DNA from: a virus
Lineage: Duplodnaviria; Caudoviricetes
IMG/VR virus record: IMGVR_UViG_3300025676_000024
Span: 1 to 50,050 of that record
DNA: 50,050 nt
Reading direction: 5' to 3' (one strand)
Shown one piece after another: positions 46,715 through 50,050 of the stretch. Each line of letters opens with the position of its first letter. Position 1 is the stretch's first letter. Under the pieces are notes generated by a model. It was not told the DNA's origin and searched no databases. It saw nothing but the letters and a program-made list of their open reading frames with translations. Position numbers and translations under genes: made by a program.

Positions 46715-46942
46715 CTAAATTGGAAGTTTTGCAGTATTTTTAGAGAACATATTATATTCTCTGGCTTCTTCTTCTATCTTTTCAATAATTGGCTGTGAAA
46801 GTATCTTAGATGCCACATTAGGTTCTATCTCATTTTCTTCGCAAGCAACTATAACTGCCTCAATATAACCAACTCCACCATTTAAAACAATGGTATCGAT
46901 TCTTTTTAAAAATTCCCCTTGTGTTTCTTCGCTAAATAACAT
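46715..46942 (-). CDS. gp33: Late promoter transcription co-activator
   Basis: YIEAVI..CEENEIEP...KIL...IIEKIEEEA...NM pattern; adjacent to gp32. Confidence 0.88.
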   Translation of the reverse strand: MLFSEETQGEFLKRIDTIVLNGGVGYIEAVIVACEENEIEPNVASKILSQPIIEKIEEEAREYNMFSKNTAKLPI

Positions 46943-46994
46943 GTAAGATTCCTTTCATAATATACACACGCCCCGTAGGACATTTGTTATATAT

Positions 46995-47022
46995 AGTATA
47001 ACACGAAGACTATAAAAATCAA
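46995..47022 (-). promoter_or_regulatory. Sigma70-type promoter TTGATT-N16-TATACT with TGn extended -10, upstream of gp33
   Basis: Minus strand TTGATT TTTATAGTCTTCGTGT TATACT. Confidence 0.55.
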
Positions 47023-47055
47023 GAAGAAACTTGATACTTTGGAGAACTTTCAAAC

Positions 47056-48486
47056 ATGACAGATATAACAGACAATATTTTAATCACTACTAGTGGCGAT
47101 ACCGCATCCATGGCAACCGACTATGGAAATGCAGGGACTGGCTTTACAAACTCTCACATTCCTATCTCAAAGATTGCATGGGGCGATTTAGACAATGGAT
47201 ATAGGACTTCACTTACAAACCCACTTCCAATACAAATATCAGGTCAAACTGGACCGTTAGAAGTTAGTATAACCAGTTCAACTGGGGCACTCACCAACAT
47301 TAAAATACGGAACTATGGTTATATTGGCGCAACTGCTGGATTAGAATATATTGCAGTTTCAGGAAATACTACTGGAACACAAGCAGTTGGTATATCTGGT
47401 TGGATTCAAGGTGTAACAAATGGAATTCCTGTTATTATTGCAACAACTGGACCATCAAACGGTGACTATTCAACAGGTATACATTTAAGAGGTGCAATGG
47501 CAAGTGATGGTGCAAGTTATGGACCAACATTCGGTGGTACATTTGGTACTGCGCTAGGTATCCTCGTACAAGGAACTTCAGCAGGTGCAACAGCAACAGT
47601 TGCAGGGGAAGTATTCCCAGGCTATGGATTCGGTGTTCCTATTGCAGTCACCGCAGGACGAAGACTCGGAAAAGATACCGACATGATTACCGTAACTGGT
47701 GATGTTGGAACTAGTAGAGAATGGACAACTTCTGTAGCAACAGATTCTATTGCGGTATATGGTGCAGACGCAACAAAATATGTTCGTGCCAATCTTTATG
47801 GAAGCACGCTAGATTCCTCTATAATTGGAACATCTGGAGATGCACTTAAAGTTGCAGTTGTAAACGGTGGAATTACATTCAGTGTAACTATGGGGGCAAC
47901 TATAGATGTAGGGGTAACTGCATCGGGTGGTGCATTAAGAATCCAAGGAACAACAGGAACATGGGGCGACCCAGTTACCATTCGTGGTGAACAAGCGGGT
48001 GCTGTTGATGTTGTTTCAACCGCTGGATTGTCAACCACAATATCTGGAACTGTTACTATAGACGATAATGATATTCTACAAGAACTCAAAGGAACAACTG
48101 GAGAACTCATTGGTGGTCTAAAAAATATTAAAACTGGAACAGACCAAATATCTGCAATCCGTACAGATTTAAAGAGTGGTAGTGTAAGAACTACAATTTC
48201 TTCTATAACAAAACCAGAAAATCTTCGAGCAGGTAATAAGAAAGTATTAAACGATGCAACAAGCCTTCATAACGGAATGGAACTATTAACTGGTGTTACT
48301 ATTAAAAACTTAATAACAAGTGGCACAGATGTTTGGGTTGGTTCAAACACAATACAATCAAATCCAACTAATGGATATTTGTTAGAGCCAGGAGAAAGTA
48401 TCTACCTAGAAATTAATAACTTAAAACACATATATTGTAGAAAAGATGGCGACCAATCGGCAACCCTACACTATATTGGAACTTGA
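47056..48486 (+). CDS. Gly/Thr-rich putative virion protein
   Basis: 476 aa; KIAWG...NPLPIQ N-terminus; many G-x-T motifs; C-terminal GVTIKN...VWVG...NGYLLEPGES..LEINNL..IY beta domain; GGAG RBS. Confidence 0.75.
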   Translation: MTDITDNILITTSGDTASMATDYGNAGTGFTNSHIPISKIAWGDLDNGYRTSLTNPLPIQISGQTGPLEVSITSSTGALTNIKIRNYGYIGATAGLEYIAVSGNTTGTQAVGISGWIQGVTNGIPVIIATTGPSNGDYSTGIHLRGAMASDGASYGPTFGGTFGTALGILVQGTSAGATATVAGEVFPGYGFGVPIAVTAGRRLGKDTDMITVTGDVGTSREWTTSVATDSIAVYGADATKYVRANLYGSTLDSSIIGTSGDALKVAVVNGGITFSVTMGATIDVGVTASGGALRIQGTTGTWGDPVTIRGEQAGAVDVVSTAGLSTTISGTVTIDDNDILQELKGTTGELIGGLKNIKTGTDQISAIRTDLKSGSVRTTISSITKPENLRAGNKKVLNDATSLHNGMELLTGVTIKNLITSGTDVWVGSNTIQSNPTNGYLLEPGESIYLEINNLKHIYCRKDGDQSATLHYIGT

Positions 48487-48493
48487 TTAAAAT

Positions 48494-50050
48494 ATGTCGT
48501 TAAGTATTCATAATAGAAATTCTAGACGAAAAAGTAAAAAACCAAGCGAACAAAAGGAATTGGTTGGTCAGGCATCCTTTATAGGTTGCGATTTTGTTAC
48601 CAGAATATCCGACATCGTTGACAGCGTAGAATCTTTTTCGGTAAATCCTAATATTCTTTTTAAAGGTGATAGTGTTTTAGTGGACTATGGTGATGCACTA
48701 AAAGGAAGAAAGAGAATTAAAGATGAAATCACAACCTTCTTTGAAGCAACAGCAGTCAAGGGAGATACCCTTACATTAACCGATGGTGAATTTATTAACG
48801 AAGGTCTTGGGGATGCAGAAATAAAGAATCTGTCTGGTACTTACATATTTGAGAAATGGAATCCCACCACAGGTATAGCATTGCTTACTAAAGTTTCTGT
48901 AAAGAATGAAAGTTCAACATACTCTAGATACGACAAAAACTTTTTTATTAATGGCTCTTTAAAATGGACCACATCATCAAGCACACAAGAAAACAAAACA
49001 GAACAAATCAACGAGTTAGTTAATCGTATTGGTAAACATTCTGCAAACTCTTTTTCTTCAGTATTTAAAACGGTCAAACCAAACGATACACTGGACATTA
49101 AAGTAGGAAGCAGTATATCTTCTTATACGGTTTCTTCATACTATGTCGATGCAGAAGGTATGGAACATATAGAATTAATTGAAGATGTCCCTACAGATAC
49201 AACTTTATTTGGCAGTGAAGTGTTTATTATGTTAAGAAGAAGAAAAGAAGAAACAGAAGAAAAAAGTAGAAGACCTTCTTTGCCAATTGCAATTGGTGGT
49301 GCAGGTGGTGGTGGTGCAGGTGGTGGATTTAATCCAAGTACTCCACTGATGTCACCAAAAAAAGATACGGGAACTGCTCAACCAAAAGAAATATCAGATT
49401 TAGTAAAGTCTGCAAAGGATACACTTGCTTCGATAAAGAACAGAAAAACAACACAAACATCTACTGTTAAAACATCTCCTGTTAATAGTTCTATATCATC
49501 AAGTCTTCAGGGTGCAACAGAAAAATGGCAACAATCTGGAAAGAAGACATTCCATGTTTCTATAGAAAATGATAGTAAAGGTTCTTGGTCATATGTAATT
49601 GACGGAAAAACAAAACCCACATTAGAATTAGATGCAGGCAAAACTTATAAGTTCAATATTTCTCATATATCAAACGGTATAAAGGGGTTTACAAATATGT
49701 ACCATGAATTTATTATTATGGGAGAACAAGGAGTAAGTCTTAAACCCGGCAGTCATGTTCGTTCTTCAGCAAAGATAGGAACTAGAGGAGCATATGTTTA
49801 TATTACAATACCAACAAATAAAAACATTTTAAAATATTTGTGTAAGGAAAGAACTGTATTGGGTGGTGGTATAGAAGTTGCCAATACCAGAAAACAGCCA
49901 AGACAAAGTACACAAAAACAACCTTGTCGAGAGGGATATCATTTGATGCCAGCAGACGGTGACCATGATGCCCCTTGGTGCATGAAAGGTAAAACCCATT
50001 CAGATTCAGAGACATTACCAATAAGAACTTCTACCACTTCTCAAAGAAGT
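48494..50050 (+). CDS. Hypothetical protein (3'-truncated) with cupredoxin-like domain
   Basis: Not in the ORF track; open from ATG at 48494 (MSLSIHNRNS...) to the window end; Gly linker, then YVIDGKTKPTLELDAGKTYKF...YHEF...GAYVYITIP...YLCKERTVLGGGIEV and EGYHLMPADG. Confidence 0.75.
   Translation, partial: MSLSIHNRNSRRKSKKPSEQKELVGQASFIGCDFVTRISDIVDSVESFSVNPNILFKGDSVLVDYGDALKGRKRIKDEITTFFEATAVKGDTLTLTDGEFINEGLGDAEIKNLSGTYIFEKWNPTTGIALLTKVSVKNESSTYSRYDKNFFINGSLKWTTSSSTQENKTEQINELVNRIGKHSANSFSSVFKTVKPNDTLDIKVGSSISSYTVSSYYVDAEGMEHIELIEDVPTDTTLFGSEVFIMLRRRKEETEEKSRRPSLPIAIGGAGGGGAGGGFNPSTPLMSPKKDTGTAQPKEISDLVKSAKDTLASIKNRKTTQTSTVKTSPVNSSISSSLQGATEKWQQSGKKTFHVSIENDSKGSWSYVIDGKTKPTLELDAGKTYKFNISHISNGIKGFTNMYHEFIIMGEQGVSLKPGSHVRSSAKIGTRGAYVYITIPTNKNILKYLCKERTVLGGGIEVANTRKQPRQSTQKQPCREGYHLMPADGDHDAPWCMKGKTHSDSETLPIRTSTTSQRS

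Noticed and set aside
1-50050. Stop-codon reassignment or selenocysteine readthrough
   Set aside because: Core genes are full length under code 11; TAA, TAG and TGA all occur as ordinary terminators at gene boundaries.

Overview
A 50-kb piece of a low-GC, T4-like (Tevenvirinae-type gene set) myophage genome covering the morphogenesis region. On the minus strand the transcription order is gp48-gp53-[split gp27-like hub with a 1384-aa Cys-rich gene inside]-gp25-gp6-gp7-gp8-DUF4815-like protein-two fibre-like genes-five giant Cys-rich genes-small Cys protein-gp13-gp14-gp15-gp16-gp17 (truncated). A plus-strand block holds gp4, a gp54/gp19-like tube protein, gp26, gp51 and a gp29-position protein. 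It is followed by gp32 and gp33 (minus) and two plus-strand hypothetical genes. T4 late promoters (TATAAATA) and three sigma70-type promoters are visible. Most unusual features: (1) about 22 kb of signal-peptide-less, di-cysteine (GxCC)-repeat, late-expressed genes carrying collagen-like anchors, vWA, DUF1566/CLec-like and GATase-like domains, including a tandem paralog pair with swapped central cassettes; (2) a baseplate hub split into two genes around a Cys-rich insert, with no gp5 spike or PAAR gene at the usual position; (3) a G-x-T-(G/A) motif scattered through most virion proteins; (4) a canonical -1 slippery site joining gp26 to gp51; (5) twin hairpins with near-identical loops in the gp32 leader. 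All family calls come from motif recognition and gene order; no database searches were run.
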